Shown: positions 26,819 through 36,855 of the stretch, one piece after another
How the letters are laid out: each line of letters opens with the position of its first letter
Numbering within the stretch: position 1 is the first letter of the stretch
Assembly: GCA_044220955.1 (NCBI GenBank)
Contig: JBGAQA010000003.1
Location: forward strand, 1 to 64,000
Source: Sandaracinaceae bacterium
GTDB lineage: Bacteria > Myxococcota_A > Polyangia > Polyangiales > Sandaracinaceae
DNA: 64,000 bases
Direction of reading: 5' to 3'
The notes under the pieces: model-generated
What the model was told of the DNA's origin: nothing
Databases searched by the model: none
Seen by the model: the letters and a program-made list of their open reading frames with translations, nothing else
Position numbers and translations under genes: made by a program

Positions 26819-29397
26819 GCGGCCTCCTGGTCGTCGGGCGGCGTGGGCTTGGGGGTCTTGGCCATCGGGGGCGGGGGCGCGGCCGAGGTGCGACTGCGTG
26901 GGGGCATCGAGATCCGCGAGCTGCGCTCGGGGATCGCGGCGCTCGCGACCGCCCGGTCGGGCAAGCGCACGAGCAGGAGACTCAAGAGGTACACGACGAG
27001 GGCGGCGAAGAGCAGCGGCAGCCGCATCGGCAGCCGCACCAGCGCCTCGCCGGGCGTCGACAACACCTCGGCAGGCGAGGCCAAGACCGTGCCTCCCCCG
27101 AGCTGCGCGAGCCGCTCGAGCGCCGCGTGGTCCGGGCCGAAGCGCGCGAGCTCGGCGTCGTAGGGCTGCTCGTCTCCCGCGGCGCTCGTCGGCTCCGGAT
27201 CGAGCGGAAGGCGCGCGTCGACGAGGAACGTGAAGCCCGCCGGAACGGTCGTCTGCCACACACCAGGGCCGGCGATCGCGAGCTCGAGATCCACGGGCGC
27301 CTGCCGTGCACGCACGATGCGCGCGACGGGGGCGGGCTCCTCGAACGGGAAGGGAGAGACGACCGTGACGACGCGCCGCCCCGCGCTCGCGGGGTCGCGC
27401 TCGATGATGACGCGCGGCGGCTCGATCGTGCGGTGGCGCAGCATCCCGCGCGCGAGCGCCGTCCAGAAGCGGCGGAAGATCGGCGCGCTCCGCCAGCCGT
27501 CGGACCACGCGCCGCTCGATGCGCTGGTGAACGACGCGACCTGTCCGAGACCGCGGTGCCAGTGCGCGAGCAGCGGCATCCCCTCGGTGGCGCTCAGCGC
27601 CTGCGTCGCGGCGGGCTTGGTCGTGGCGAGCGCGTGACCCGTCAGCGGCGGCGCAGTGCCGAATTCCACCCCGTCGAGCATCGCCAGGTGCGTCTGCTCG
27701 CGCGCGACGAAGGTGGTCTGCCGCTGCGCCGGGGGCTGCCGCACCATAGCCTCGGAGACGACGAGCGAGGCGAGCCCGGCGCCGCTGGAGGTCACGTGAT
27801 ACCGACCGCGACCGATGCGCGCGATGTCGGCGAGCAGGGACGAGTAGCTGCCGATCGTGATCGTGGAGATCGACACTCCTCGACCGGCGAGCGCGGTGGC
27901 CGCAGCCGTGGCGCTCTGCGGCTCGCTCTCGCCATCCGAGATCAGGATGACGTGGTGGATGTAGCGATCGTCGTGCGACATGATGTGGTTCGCGGCCTGG
28001 ATCGCGGCCGCGATGTTGGTGCCGCCGTCCGCGTCGATGCTGCGGATGAAGTTGATGACCGACGTCGCCTGGCTCATCGGCTGGGGCGCGATCGTGCGAT
28101 CGGCTTGTCCCGAGAACGCGACGACCCCCACGCGCGCGTCCAGGCGAAGCGCGTGAACCGCGGCGATCGCGGCGTTTCGCGCCTGCGCCATGGGTGTGCC
28201 GCTCATCGAGCCGGAGCGATCGATCACGATCACGAGCTCGAGCGGCCGCGGCTCCGGCTGCGCGGGCGGCGGGCCGATCGGCTCGATCTCGCGCAGGGTG
28301 CGCGGCGTGCTGCGGACGGGGCGCCCGCCGGTGACCCGGATCCAGCCGCCGCCCTCGTCCTCGACCCAGCTGCGGAGCGCCGTCTGCTGGACGTCGGAGT
28401 AGTCGCCCAGCTCGATCTCGTCGGAGATCACGAGCGCGAAGCGGTCGTAGCCGTCCGCGCTCGCGGGCGCCTCCTCGGGCGTCCGGACCTCGACCTCCAT
28501 CCCCGCGTCCTCGAGCGTGGCGACGAGCGTGGGCTCGGTGGCGCTCGCGTCGTGGAAGATGAGCACGCGCGGCTTGGGCAGGACCTCCACGAGGGCGCGC
28601 CAGCGATCGTTGACCGGCACGGCGTCGCCGGGGGTGCTCGCCGCGATCTCGAGCTCGTGCACACCGGGCTCGGTCGGGAAGCGCACCGAGAGGCGCGCGC
28701 TCGAGTCCCCGGCGAGCGCGTGGTGCTCGGCCGTCGCGACGGAGGCTCCGTCGAGGAAGGCCTCGAGGTGCACGTCGATCTCGCGGCTCGCGAACACCGT
28801 GGGCGCGACGTCGACCGTCTCCTCCGCGTGAACGAGGCGCGGGGCCTCGAGCGCCGCGATCGAGACGACGTCGATGGGCGGCCGCTCGCCGATGGGCAGG
28901 ATGGCCACCTCGATGCCATCGTCGTGCGCGGCCGCGACGGCAGAAGCCAGCGTGCCGTCCTCGTCGCGTCCGTCGCTCGCGAGCAGGACGCGGCGCACCC
29001 GGTCCCGGGGGAGCGTCGCCGTCGCCGCGCCGAGCGCGCTCGCGACCGAGGGCTCCGGCTCGCCGCGCGTGGGCGTGCGCGCTCGCGCGAAGCGGACCTC
29101 CGGCCGGCTCGCCTCGAGCTGAACCATCGACTGGCGCAGCCCTGCCCGCTCGTCCTCTGCGATGCCGTCGCTCGCGTCGACGACGAGCGCGACCGCGAGG
29201 TCGTGCGTGGGCCAGCCGATCCGTAGATCCGCGATCGCGAGCACGACGAGCGCGACGGCCAGAGCGCGCGTCGCCGTCGCCATCACACGGCGCCGCCGCG
29301 AGAGCAAGAAGCGGCTGCGCAACGCGAGCAGCACGACGAGCGGCACCGCGACGAGGCCGTAGAGCGCGAGGACGAAGCCGACGGTGATCGTGGGCAT
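26815..29397 (-). CDS. Membrane vWA-domain protein with Ig-like and GATase-like segments
   Basis: Two N-terminal TMs, DASDG, VIDRSGSM (MIDAS), GGTN, LISDG, GLGQVASF, C-terminal TM. Confidence 0.88.
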   Translation of the reverse strand: MPTITVGFVLALYGLVAVPLVVLLALRSRFLLSRRRRVMATATRALAVALVVLAIADLRIGWPTHDLAVALVVDASDGIAEDERAGLRQSMVQLEASRPEVRFARARTPTRGEPEPSVASALGAATATLPRDRVRRVLLASDGRDEDGTLASAVAAAHDDGIEVAILPIGERPPIDVVSIAALEAPRLVHAEETVDVAPTVFASREIDVHLEAFLDGASVATAEHHALAGDSSARLSVRFPTEPGVHELEIAASTPGDAVPVNDRWRALVEVLPKPRVLIFHDASATEPTLVATLEDAGMEVEVRTPEEAPASADGYDRFALVISDEIELGDYSDVQQTALRSWVEDEGGGWIRVTGGRPVRSTPRTLREIEPIGPPPAQPEPRPLELVIVIDRSGSMSGTPMAQARNAAIAAVHALRLDARVGVVAFSGQADRTIAPQPMSQATSVINFIRSIDADGGTNIAAAIQAANHIMSHDDRYIHHVILISDGESEPQSATAAATALAGRGVSISTITIGSYSSLLADIARIGRGRYHVTSSGAGLASLVVSEAMVRQPPAQRQTTFVAREQTHLAMLDGVEFGTAPPLTGHALATTKPAATQALSATEGMPLLAHWHRGLGQVASFTSASSGAWSDGWRSAPIFRRFWTALARGMLRHRTIEPPRVIIERDPASAGRRVVTVVSPFPFEEPAPVARIVRARQAPVDLELAIAGPGVWQTTVPAGFTFLVDARLPLDPEPTSAAGDEQPYDAELARFGPDHAALERLAQLGGGTVLASPAEVLSTPGEALVRLPMRLPLLFAALVVYLLSLLLVRLPDRAVASAAIPERSSRISMPPRSRTSAAPPPPMAKTPKPTPPDDQEAA

Positions 29398-29404
29398 CAC
29401 GCCT

Positions 29405-31216
29405 TCACTCCAGCTTCCCGCGATGGAGCAGCGTCCACTCGAGGAGCATGAGGAGCAGCAGTCCGACGGCGACCATCGAGGCCAGAGGGGGTAGCGCGCT
29501 CTCGGTCGCGAACGTGCCGCCGGTGGCGCCGGCGCCGAGCGGCCCCGCGAGATCCGTTCCACCGTAGGCGATGGCGCGCTCGCCGACGTGGTAGACGCCG
29601 GCGCGGGCGACCGTCGGGATCAGCCCGCCGGGCACCTCCAGCGGCGCGCCGTCGGGCCCGCGCAGCTCCTGGCCGGCCTCGGCGAGGAGCGAGCCGCCGA
29701 GCCTGCGCGCCAAGGGCGTGGGTTCCGTGCGATCGGTCGCCCAGGCGAGCGCGTGGTGCACGAGGAGCGGGAACGACTCGCCGCGGACCAGATCCGTCGC
29801 ATCCGTCGCGAAGCCGAACACCACCATGCGGGCGCGGGGCAGCTCGCGCGCGACGGCGATCGCCCGATCGCCGCTTCGGAGCAACACGGCGTCGCCCGAC
29901 GCCTCGACGATCGCGCGCGCACCGTCGAGGTGCACCGCGTCGAAGCGGAGCCCGGAGATCACGGGGTGGCTCCCGAGCACTCCCGTGATTCGTGGGCGTC
30001 TCAGCGTGACACCGAGGGCGACGGGGCCCGACTCGGCGGGGTCGAACACCACGACCGCCGCGTGGTCGACCCCGGCGGGGAGCGCGGCGTGATCGAGCAC
30101 GATGGCGTGGTAGTGCGCGAGCGAGGCGGTCGACTGCGTGCCCAGCGCGGCGGTGCCCATCCGGTCGACCTCGAGCCCTGGATGGGCGGTCAGCGCCGCC
30201 TCGACGAAGGGATCGCCGTCGGTCACGAAGAGCACGCGCGTCGCCTCGAGCGCGTCCACGATCGCGTACGCGTGGTCGTCCACCTCGAGCGCGTCGCTCG
30301 AGCCCGCGATGCCGACGGAGGTCAGCTCGGCGGCGAGCTCGGCGCGTGCCGACGAGAAGCCCTCCGCCGTGAGCACGCGCTCTTCGTGCCCGGCGAGCTG
30401 GATCGTCTCGTCGAGGAGGGGTACCTCGCCGTCGCGCACGACCACGTGCGCGTGACCCTCGCGCGACGCGTAGTTGTGCACCGCGATCCGCGTCGTGTAC
30501 TCGCCGACTGCCGTCGGCACGCGCCGCGCGGCGAACGACGCGATGCCGATCGTGTCGGCGCTCGTGCCGATGGGCAACACCACCTGCGCCGCGCGGGTCG
30601 CGTGTCGCACGGGGTGGTCGGTGAGGACGAGGATCTGCCCGGTGGGCGGGCCTTCGCCGGAGCGGGCGACGACGATCTCGTCCGCGAGCGCCATCGCAGC
30701 GTCCAGATCGCTCGGCCCGTCATCGGTCGTGATCGCGGCCAGCGGAGCCTCGAGATCGCTCGCCGCGTCGGTCACGGGAAGGAGCACGCTCGCTCGCATC
30801 CCTGCGCGCACGATCGTGACCTCGCCCGTGATGGTCGTTCGCTCCGCCCAGCGACGCACCTCGGCCACCGCGTGATCGATGCGTCGCCCTCCGCTCTGCT
30901 CGTCGGCACCCATCGTGCGGCCGACGTCCAGCACGATCACCGTGGTGCCACGGATGCCGGCGCCGAAGCGCGGGTCGCCGGCGAGGAACACCATCGCGGC
31001 CGCGACGAGGATCGAGAGCAGGAGCGCGATCAGCGGGATGCGGATCGAGGCGAGCCACTTCGGCCGGCTGTTCTCGAGCGCCTTGAGCCAGAACTCGACG
31101 TTCGAGACCACCTGCGGCCGGGGCGTGCGCCGCAGTAGGTAGAGCAGCACGACCGCGAGCACCGCGCCCGCGATCAGCATGCCCACCAGCGCCGCCGGCA
31201 TCGCCGCGAAGGTCAT
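29405..31216 (-). CDS. BatA (N-terminal double-TM) + vWA domain protein
   Basis: LLYLLRR..VSNVEFW BatA motif, LDVGRTM, LVLTD, FPLLV, C-terminal TM ..LLEW. Confidence 0.85.
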   Translation of the reverse strand: MTFAAMPAALVGMLIAGAVLAVVLLYLLRRTPRPQVVSNVEFWLKALENSRPKWLASIRIPLIALLLSILVAAAMVFLAGDPRFGAGIRGTTVIVLDVGRTMGADEQSGGRRIDHAVAEVRRWAERTTITGEVTIVRAGMRASVLLPVTDAASDLEAPLAAITTDDGPSDLDAAMALADEIVVARSGEGPPTGQILVLTDHPVRHATRAAQVVLPIGTSADTIGIASFAARRVPTAVGEYTTRIAVHNYASREGHAHVVVRDGEVPLLDETIQLAGHEERVLTAEGFSSARAELAAELTSVGIAGSSDALEVDDHAYAIVDALEATRVLFVTDGDPFVEAALTAHPGLEVDRMGTAALGTQSTASLAHYHAIVLDHAALPAGVDHAAVVVFDPAESGPVALGVTLRRPRITGVLGSHPVISGLRFDAVHLDGARAIVEASGDAVLLRSGDRAIAVARELPRARMVVFGFATDATDLVRGESFPLLVHHALAWATDRTEPTPLARRLGGSLLAEAGQELRGPDGAPLEVPGGLIPTVARAGVYHVGERAIAYGGTDLAGPLGAGATGGTFATESALPPLASMVAVGLLLLMLLEWTLLHRGKLE

Positions 31217-32094
31217 GCGGCCTTGCGCCCCTCTTGACCGGCGAACGCCTTCTTCAGCATCGCCTCGCCGCTCGCCTCGACCTCGATGTCGACGAAGCGA
31301 CCGCCCGCACGACGGCACCCGTCGCGGCAGTCGTTCACGTGCCGATCGACGATCTTGGTGTACGCCTGCACGAGCTCCTTGCTCATGCGCAGGCGCACCG
31401 TCTGCCCGCTCTCGGCGTCGAAGAGCTCGAGCTCACCCTCGAGCTTGGGGTGGCGATCCTCCTCGCAGGACAGGTGCACGACGCGGACCTCGTGACCGAG
31501 CGCGCCGAGCGTGCGGAATGCTTCGGGAAAGCCCTCCGGCTTCATGAGGTCGCTGATCACGACGACCAGGCCGCGCTTGGGCCAGCGCTCGGCGAGCGCG
31601 CGCACCGCCTGTGGAAAGTGCGTCGGACCGCCCGGGGAGCACTCGCCGAGGAAGCGATCGACCTCGGGGAGGTCGCTCCCGGTGCGCAGCGGGCGACTCT
31701 CGCGCTCGAGGTCGTCACCGAAGGGGATCACGATCGAGCGATCGAAGCGCCGCATCCCGACGTACGCGAACGCTGCGGCGATCTTCTTGGCGGCCTCGAT
31801 CTTCGGTGGCTTGCCGCGCGCCATCGAGCCCGAGAGGTCGAGCATCACGTAGATGCGTGCGTCACGCTCCTCCTCGAACTGTCTGAGGACGAGGTTCCCG
31901 TTCTGCGCGAACTTCTTCCAGTCGATGCGCCGGAAGTCGTCGCCGGGGACGTACGCGCGGTGATCGGCGAACTCGACGCCGCTCGCGAGCACGGGCGACT
32001 TGTGGCCGCCCTGTCGCGTCGCCGTCGCGCCCGGTCGCACGTGCAGCGCGAGCCGGTCGAGGAGGCGCCGAGCCGCGTCGTCGAGGATGCGCAT
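31213..32094 (-). CDS. DUF58 domain protein
   Basis: GVEFADHRAYVPGDDFRRIDWK, LDLSGSM, VISDL. Confidence 0.93.
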   Translation of the reverse strand: MRILDDAARRLLDRLALHVRPGATATRQGGHKSPVLASGVEFADHRAYVPGDDFRRIDWKKFAQNGNLVLRQFEEERDARIYVMLDLSGSMARGKPPKIEAAKKIAAAFAYVGMRRFDRSIVIPFGDDLERESRPLRTGSDLPEVDRFLGECSPGGPTHFPQAVRALAERWPKRGLVVVISDLMKPEGFPEAFRTLGALGHEVRVVHLSCEEDRHPKLEGELELFDAESGQTVRLRMSKELVQAYTKIVDRHVNDCRDGCRRAGGRFVDIEVEASGEAMLKKAFAGQEGRKAA

Positions 32095-32101
32095 CGTGCG
32101 C

Positions 32102-33166
32102 TCAGCGCTTCTTGGCGTTCGCCGCCGCTTCCTTGAGCTGCACCGGTGCCGACTTCTTGTCCTTGGTGTCGAGCTCGATGAGCGTCTGGCGGATGAGCGT
32201 GTCGGTCGTCGCCTCGTCGGCGAGCGCGTCGAAGTTCAAGAGGATGCGGTGGCGCAGGCAGGGGTAGGCCGCCTTGTGCACGTCCTCGATCGAGACGTTG
32301 AGCCGGCCCTCGAGCAGAGCGAAGAACTTGGCGACCGCGAGGATCGACTGCGCCGCGCGCGGCGAGGCGCCCGCCTTCACGTAGCGGCGGTTGCACGCCG
32401 GCGCCGTCGGGTGATCGGGGTGCGTCGCGAACACGAGCCGCACGGCGTAGCGCGACACGTGATCGGCCACGGGCATCTGTCGGATCGTCTTGCCCGCTGC
32501 GATGATGGCGTCGCCGTCGGCGACCTTTCCGACGTCGGCCTCGATCGCGCTCGACGTGCGCGCGACGATGTTCACCATCTCGTCTTCCGTCGGGAAGCGG
32601 ACGAGCACCTTCATCAGGAAGCGATCGAGCTGCGCCTCGGGGAGCGGGTACGTGCCCTCGTTGTCGATCGGGTTCTGCGTCGCGACGACGAAGAAGGGTG
32701 CCGGAAGCTCGTACGTCTCGCTGCCGAGCGAGACCTGGTGCTCCTGCATCGCCTCGAGCAGCGCCGACTGCGTCTTGGGCGAAGCACGGTTGATCTCGTC
32801 GGCGAGCACCACGTTCGAGAAGAGCGGCCCCTTCTGGAGCGTCATCATCGGCCGCCCGTCGGCGCCGACCTGGACGACGTAGGTGCCGAGGATGTCGGAG
32901 GGCATGAGATCGGGCGTGAACTGCACCCGGGCGAACTTCAGGTGCACGACGTCGGCGAGCGTGCGCGCGAGCAGCGTCTTGCCGACGCCGGGCACGCCCT
33001 CCATCAACACGTGCCCGCCGAGCAGGAGCCCAGCGGTCACGCACTGCACGGTCTCTTCCTGCCCGACGACGCGCTCGCCGACCTTGGCGGCGATGCGCTG
33101 ACAGAGCGCGCGCACGTGCTCGAAGGGGTTGAGCACGTGGACCTGCTGCTTGAGTGTCTCGACCAT
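32102..33166 (-). CDS. MoxR family AAA+ ATPase
   Basis: GVPGVGKT, RVQFTPDLMPSD, LADEINRA, ATQNPI, YPLPEAQLDRF, GASPR, LRHRI. Confidence 0.96.
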   Translation of the reverse strand: MVETLKQQVHVLNPFEHVRALCQRIAAKVGERVVGQEETVQCVTAGLLLGGHVLMEGVPGVGKTLLARTLADVVHLKFARVQFTPDLMPSDILGTYVVQVGADGRPMMTLQKGPLFSNVVLADEINRASPKTQSALLEAMQEHQVSLGSETYELPAPFFVVATQNPIDNEGTYPLPEAQLDRFLMKVLVRFPTEDEMVNIVARTSSAIEADVGKVADGDAIIAAGKTIRQMPVADHVSRYAVRLVFATHPDHPTAPACNRRYVKAGASPRAAQSILAVAKFFALLEGRLNVSIEDVHKAAYPCLRHRILLNFDALADEATTDTLIRQTLIELDTKDKKSAPVQLKEAAANAKKR

Positions 33167-33197
33167 CGTCTTCGTCCTCGTCCTGCTCTGTTCTTCT

Positions 33198-35294
33198 TCA
33201 GTGAGTCCCGGAGCCCGAAGGTTCCGGGTCGCGAGCGCGCTGCTGCTCGAGCGCACGGAGATAGCGACGCACGTAAGCACGGAGCGATCCCGGGACGTCG
33301 GCCCCGCGCGTCACGTGACCGCCCTGCGCGCCGCTGCCTGAGACGGCGCCGCTGCCGGTGCCCGGATCGCCGCCGGAGATGCCGTCCATCCGCATCCCCG
33401 TGTGGCCCGTGTCGCGGCCACCGCCGGGCAAGAGCCCCATCGGATCGATGTCGGCGCCGGTCTGCGCGGTCTCGCCGGGCTGTGTACCGGGGTCCACGTC
33501 GACGGCCTGTGCGGACTCGATCGCGTGCCGCGCGGCCGAGGCCGGATCACCCGCGGCGCCGGTGCCCCACCCATCGGACGGAGCGCTCTGCGGCCCGCCG
33601 CCCTGGCTCGTGCCGTTGCCCTCGCCCTGGCCCTCGCCCTGACCCTCGCCTTGACCCTGACCCTCGCCCTGGCCCTCGCCCTGACCCTCGCCCTGGCCCT
33701 GACCCTCGCCCTCCGAGCCCGACTGCCCGGACTGCGAGCCCGACTCGGTCCCGCTCTCGCTCCCGCTCTCGCTCCCGCTCTCGCTCCCGCTCTCGCTCCC
33801 GTCAGCGCTCGCCAGCTGCTCGCGCGCCTCGTCGGTCGCTCGGTCGGCGACGTCGTCGTGCAGCTGGTCGAGCGCCTGTCGTGCGTCCGCCAGATCCTGC
33901 GTCTCGCGCCCGCCTTCCTGCCGAAGCGACTGCCGCGCGTCCTCGATCGCCTGATCCATCGCCTGACGATCGCCTTGCGCGCGCGCCTCGCTCGCCCGCT
34001 CGAGCGCCTCCGCCGTCTGGGGCGCCTGCTCGCGCACCGCGTCCGCCGCCTGATCGAGCCCCTGCCCGACCTCTTGGCCCGGAACGCCATGGTCCTCGTC
34101 GGTCGGGTGCAGCGACGCGAGATCCTGGTCGAGCCGCTGCATCGAGTCGACGAGCTCCTGTCCTGCATCGCGACGACTCGTGTCGTCGCTCTCGTCGGCG
34201 CCGGTGTCACCACGCTCCGCGCGCTCTTCCGCCCAGCCGTGCTCCTGCTCCGCGAGATCGAGCGCGTCGCGCTGCGCCTGCTGCGCCTCGGCCTGCAGCT
34301 GCGCAGCCTCCGCCGCTCTCGACGGGTCCTGCGCAGCCTCGCGCCAGCGCTCGAGCGCTTCCTGCGCCTCGTCCCACTGCTCGCGAAGCTCCTCGCTCGC
34401 GTACGCGGGCGGCTCGCCGCTCACGCTCGTCGGCGCCTCGCCGAGCTCGTCTGCGCTCGCGGACTCGCCCGGCGGATCCTCGCCCGGCGGCTGCCGCCCC
34501 GTGGCGCGCTCGATCGCCTCGGCCGCCCGCCGGAACGCCTCCGCACGCTGCTCCTGCGTCGCCTCACGCGCACGCTCGAGCTCGTGCTCGAGCCGGTTGA
34601 TCTCCGAGTCGAGCCGCCGCTCCGGATCCTCCGCCATCGCGCGCCTCAGCGCCTCGGCCTCCTCGGCGATCTGCTCGGCGCTGCGCGTCTCCTCTTCCTC
34701 GCCCATCGCCTCGCGCACCGCGGCGCGGATCGCCGGCCACGCCATGGCGAACGGCAGCACCAGCGCCGCGCTCACCGCGAGCGCGCCGAGCCACTGCGGC
34801 GCGCGGAGCAGGGGTCGCGGGATCTCCGGCGGCTTCTCGAGCCCGTCGAGCACGCTCGCCGCCTGCTTCAGCTGCAGGCGCTGGAACGGAGACGGCTCCT
34901 TCTCGCGTGCAAACTGCACGGCGCTGGCAAAGCGATCCTTGCCGTCGAGCAGGCGATCGAGGATACGCGCAGCGCTGAGCTCGTCGACCCAGCGCCGGCG
35001 CACCTGTGCGATCGCCGACGCGAGGCCGACGACGCCGGCCGCGACCACCGCGGGGACCGGCGAGACCTGCGCGATGTCGCTCGCGACGACCAGCGGCAGC
35101 GCGATCGCGCCCGCGATCGCCGTTCCCGAGAGCACGCCATCGACGAGCACCCAGCGGTGCACGTGGTTGCGGATGCGCCCGAGGGACTCGGCGATGACCG
35201 GCGCGAGCAGCGAAGCGGGCGCCCGGGTCGGCCCGGCCTCGCTGGCCTCGGCCTGCGGCTGCTCCGAGCGCTCCTCGTCTTCTTGGCTGCTCAC
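33198..35294 (-). CDS. Membrane-anchored coiled-coil/low-complexity protein (DUF4175-like)
   Basis: Three TMs with AARILDR..DRFASA, long Glu/Gln/Ala coiled coil, GEGQ repeats, C-terminal VPGSLRAYVRRYL. GTG start estimated. Confidence 0.75.
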   Translation of the reverse strand: MSSQEDEERSEQPQAEASEAGPTRAPASLLAPVIAESLGRIRNHVHRWVLVDGVLSGTAIAGAIALPLVVASDIAQVSPVPAVVAAGVVGLASAIAQVRRRWVDELSAARILDRLLDGKDRFASAVQFAREKEPSPFQRLQLKQAASVLDGLEKPPEIPRPLLRAPQWLGALAVSAALVLPFAMAWPAIRAAVREAMGEEEETRSAEQIAEEAEALRRAMAEDPERRLDSEINRLEHELERAREATQEQRAEAFRRAAEAIERATGRQPPGEDPPGESASADELGEAPTSVSGEPPAYASEELREQWDEAQEALERWREAAQDPSRAAEAAQLQAEAQQAQRDALDLAEQEHGWAEERAERGDTGADESDDTSRRDAGQELVDSMQRLDQDLASLHPTDEDHGVPGQEVGQGLDQAADAVREQAPQTAEALERASEARAQGDRQAMDQAIEDARQSLRQEGGRETQDLADARQALDQLHDDVADRATDEAREQLASADGSESGSESGSESGSESGTESGSQSGQSGSEGEGQGQGEGQGEGQGEGQGQGEGQGEGQGEGNGTSQGGGPQSAPSDGWGTGAAGDPASAARHAIESAQAVDVDPGTQPGETAQTGADIDPMGLLPGGGRDTGHTGMRMDGISGGDPGTGSGAVSGSGAQGGHVTRGADVPGSLRAYVRRYLRALEQQRARDPEPSGSGTH
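33619..33713. repeat. Coding tandem repeat (GEGQ)n, degenerate 12-bp unit CCCTCGCCCTGR
   Basis: Directly visible; encodes GEGQGQGEGQGEGQ... Confidence 0.9.
33750..33797. repeat. Perfect 12-bp tandem repeat CCCGCTCTCGCT x4 (SESG repeats)
   Basis: Four identical consecutive units. Confidence 0.92.
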
Positions 35295-35389
35295 GGCGTT
35301 GTCCCTACAGACGATCGACCCGGCAAATCGTTCCCGCTTGGCGATCAAGCGAGGGGATCGCAAACGATTCCGAGCGGATCCTACGCTGC

Positions 35390-35429
35390 AAAACGGAAAA
35401 GACCCCCGGGAACCTTCCCGGGGGCCTTC
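35390..35429 (-). terminator. Intrinsic terminator downstream of the AgmX/PglI gene
   Basis: Minus strand AAGGCCCCCGGGAA-GG-TTCCCGGGGGTCTT followed by TTCCGTTTT. Confidence 0.8.
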
Positions 35430-35461
35430 ACCTGTTCAGCGCTTGGTCCGCTCGTCTCGGC

Positions 35462-36811
35462 TCACTGTTCGGTCGCGGTCGACTCGAGAACGAAGGGGTA
35501 CGTCACGACGGTGGGGATGGACGCCGCCGGGAAGTGCCAGCGACCTGCCGCCTGGGCCACGCACTGGTCGACGCCCGACATGCCCGACGCGCTGCTCTGC
35601 ACCACACGACCGTCCTGCGAGATCTGGAAGCCGACGGTGACGCGGCCCTCGAGGCCCGGGCGGCCGATGAGCGCCTGCTCGTAGCAGTAGCGCACCTCGG
35701 GGCGGTGGCGAACGATGACCGAGCGGATCTGCTCGCGGGTGAGGCCGCCGTGCGTCTGGCAGTCCGGATCCGTGGAGGTCGCCGAGCACACGAGGTGGAT
35801 GGTCGGCGTGGTCTCGTGCGGGTCGCGCGTCGAGAGCGCGGGGCCAGGGCCGACACCGGGGCCGCCGTGAGTGTCGAAGCCGCCCTGGTCGACGGTGCCG
35901 TCGCCGCAGTGCTCGCCCGTGCACGTGCCGTGGCCCCGGGTCATGTGCAGACCGCCCGGGCCGGGGCCGAAGAGACCGCCGGGGATGAGCGCGTCGCCGG
36001 GGCCGCCCGCGCCGTCGGTCATGTTGCCGCTCGCGTAGGGGGAGTCGTCTCCCGTGAGAGAGGCGAGCTGGTGCGCGAGCGCGTCGAACATGCCGAGGTC
36101 CTGGACCTCTTGCGCGGTGAGCGGACCGGTCGTGGTCTGTGCGTGCCGGTGCGGCGTGCCCGGACCACCCGAGACGGCGGGCCGCGGCGTCTGGCCTCCT
36201 CCGTCCGCCGAGGGAGGCGCCGACGAGGTCCCGCTGCTCGCGTCACCGCCGGTGACGGGCGCGGGCGGCGGCGGCGTCAGCTCCGCCGCGTCGACGTGAA
36301 CCTGGATGTAGCGCATCTGCTCGCCGGTCAGGTCGCTCGAGAGCGCGCTCGCGTCCGGGGGCATGAAGAAGAACGTCGCGAGGATCGCCACGTGGAACGC
36401 GAGCGCCGCGGCCATCCAGCGCGAGCCCGTCGCATCGAAGAGCGGACCGGCGAACTTCTCCGTCTCCTTCTGCACCGGGCGCACGAAGAAGGTCATGTCG
36501 GCGATCGTGATCTCGACGATCGTGCTCGCGCCGATCACCACGCTGCGGTCGATGCTCTCCGCGCCGATCTCGCGGCTGACCTCGCCCTCGCTCACGAGGG
36601 CGCTCGCGCGCGGCGGCACCGCGAGCAGCGCGCGCCCGTTCTCGATCACGAGCAGATCGAAGCTCTCCCCGAGCGGGAGCAGGAAGCGACCGACCTCACC
36701 GACCGCGAGGCGGCGCGGGCGATCGAGGCTCACGAGCTCCGTGTCCAGAGCCTGGCCCTTCCAGCTCTGCACCACCTCGACCGAGAAACCCGAGCCCACG
36801 TTCGTTTCCAT
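35462..36811 (-). CDS. AgmX/PglI C-terminal (TonB_C-like) domain protein, GltG-like
   Basis: Cytoplasmic beta domain, TM ALAFHVAIL, Pro/Gly-rich linker, GGLTREQIRSVI..VRYCYEQAL..LEGRV..CV..WHFP..VTYPF. Confidence 0.88.
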   Translation of the reverse strand: METNVGSGFSVEVVQSWKGQALDTELVSLDRPRRLAVGEVGRFLLPLGESFDLLVIENGRALLAVPPRASALVSEGEVSREIGAESIDRSVVIGASTIVEITIADMTFFVRPVQKETEKFAGPLFDATGSRWMAAALAFHVAILATFFFMPPDASALSSDLTGEQMRYIQVHVDAAELTPPPPAPVTGGDASSGTSSAPPSADGGGQTPRPAVSGGPGTPHRHAQTTTGPLTAQEVQDLGMFDALAHQLASLTGDDSPYASGNMTDGAGGPGDALIPGGLFGPGPGGLHMTRGHGTCTGEHCGDGTVDQGGFDTHGGPGVGPGPALSTRDPHETTPTIHLVCSATSTDPDCQTHGGLTREQIRSVIVRHRPEVRYCYEQALIGRPGLEGRVTVGFQISQDGRVVQSSASGMSGVDQCVAQAAGRWHFPAASIPTVVTYPFVLESTATEQ

Positions 36812-36839
36812 TTTCCTTCGACCTCCTGAGGCGCCGTAG

Positions 36840-36855
36840 TGCAGCGCTCGTGCCA
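36840..36855 (-). promoter_or_regulatory. sigma54 (-24/-12) promoter
   Basis: TGGCACGAGCGCTGCA = TGGCACG-N4-CTGC, 28 nt upstream of the ATG; GAAGGA SD-like sequence downstream. Confidence 0.7.

Noticed and set aside
36385..36400. Additional parS-like sequence TCGCCACGTGGAACG inside a CDS
   Set aside because: Only one half matches; explained by coding sequence.
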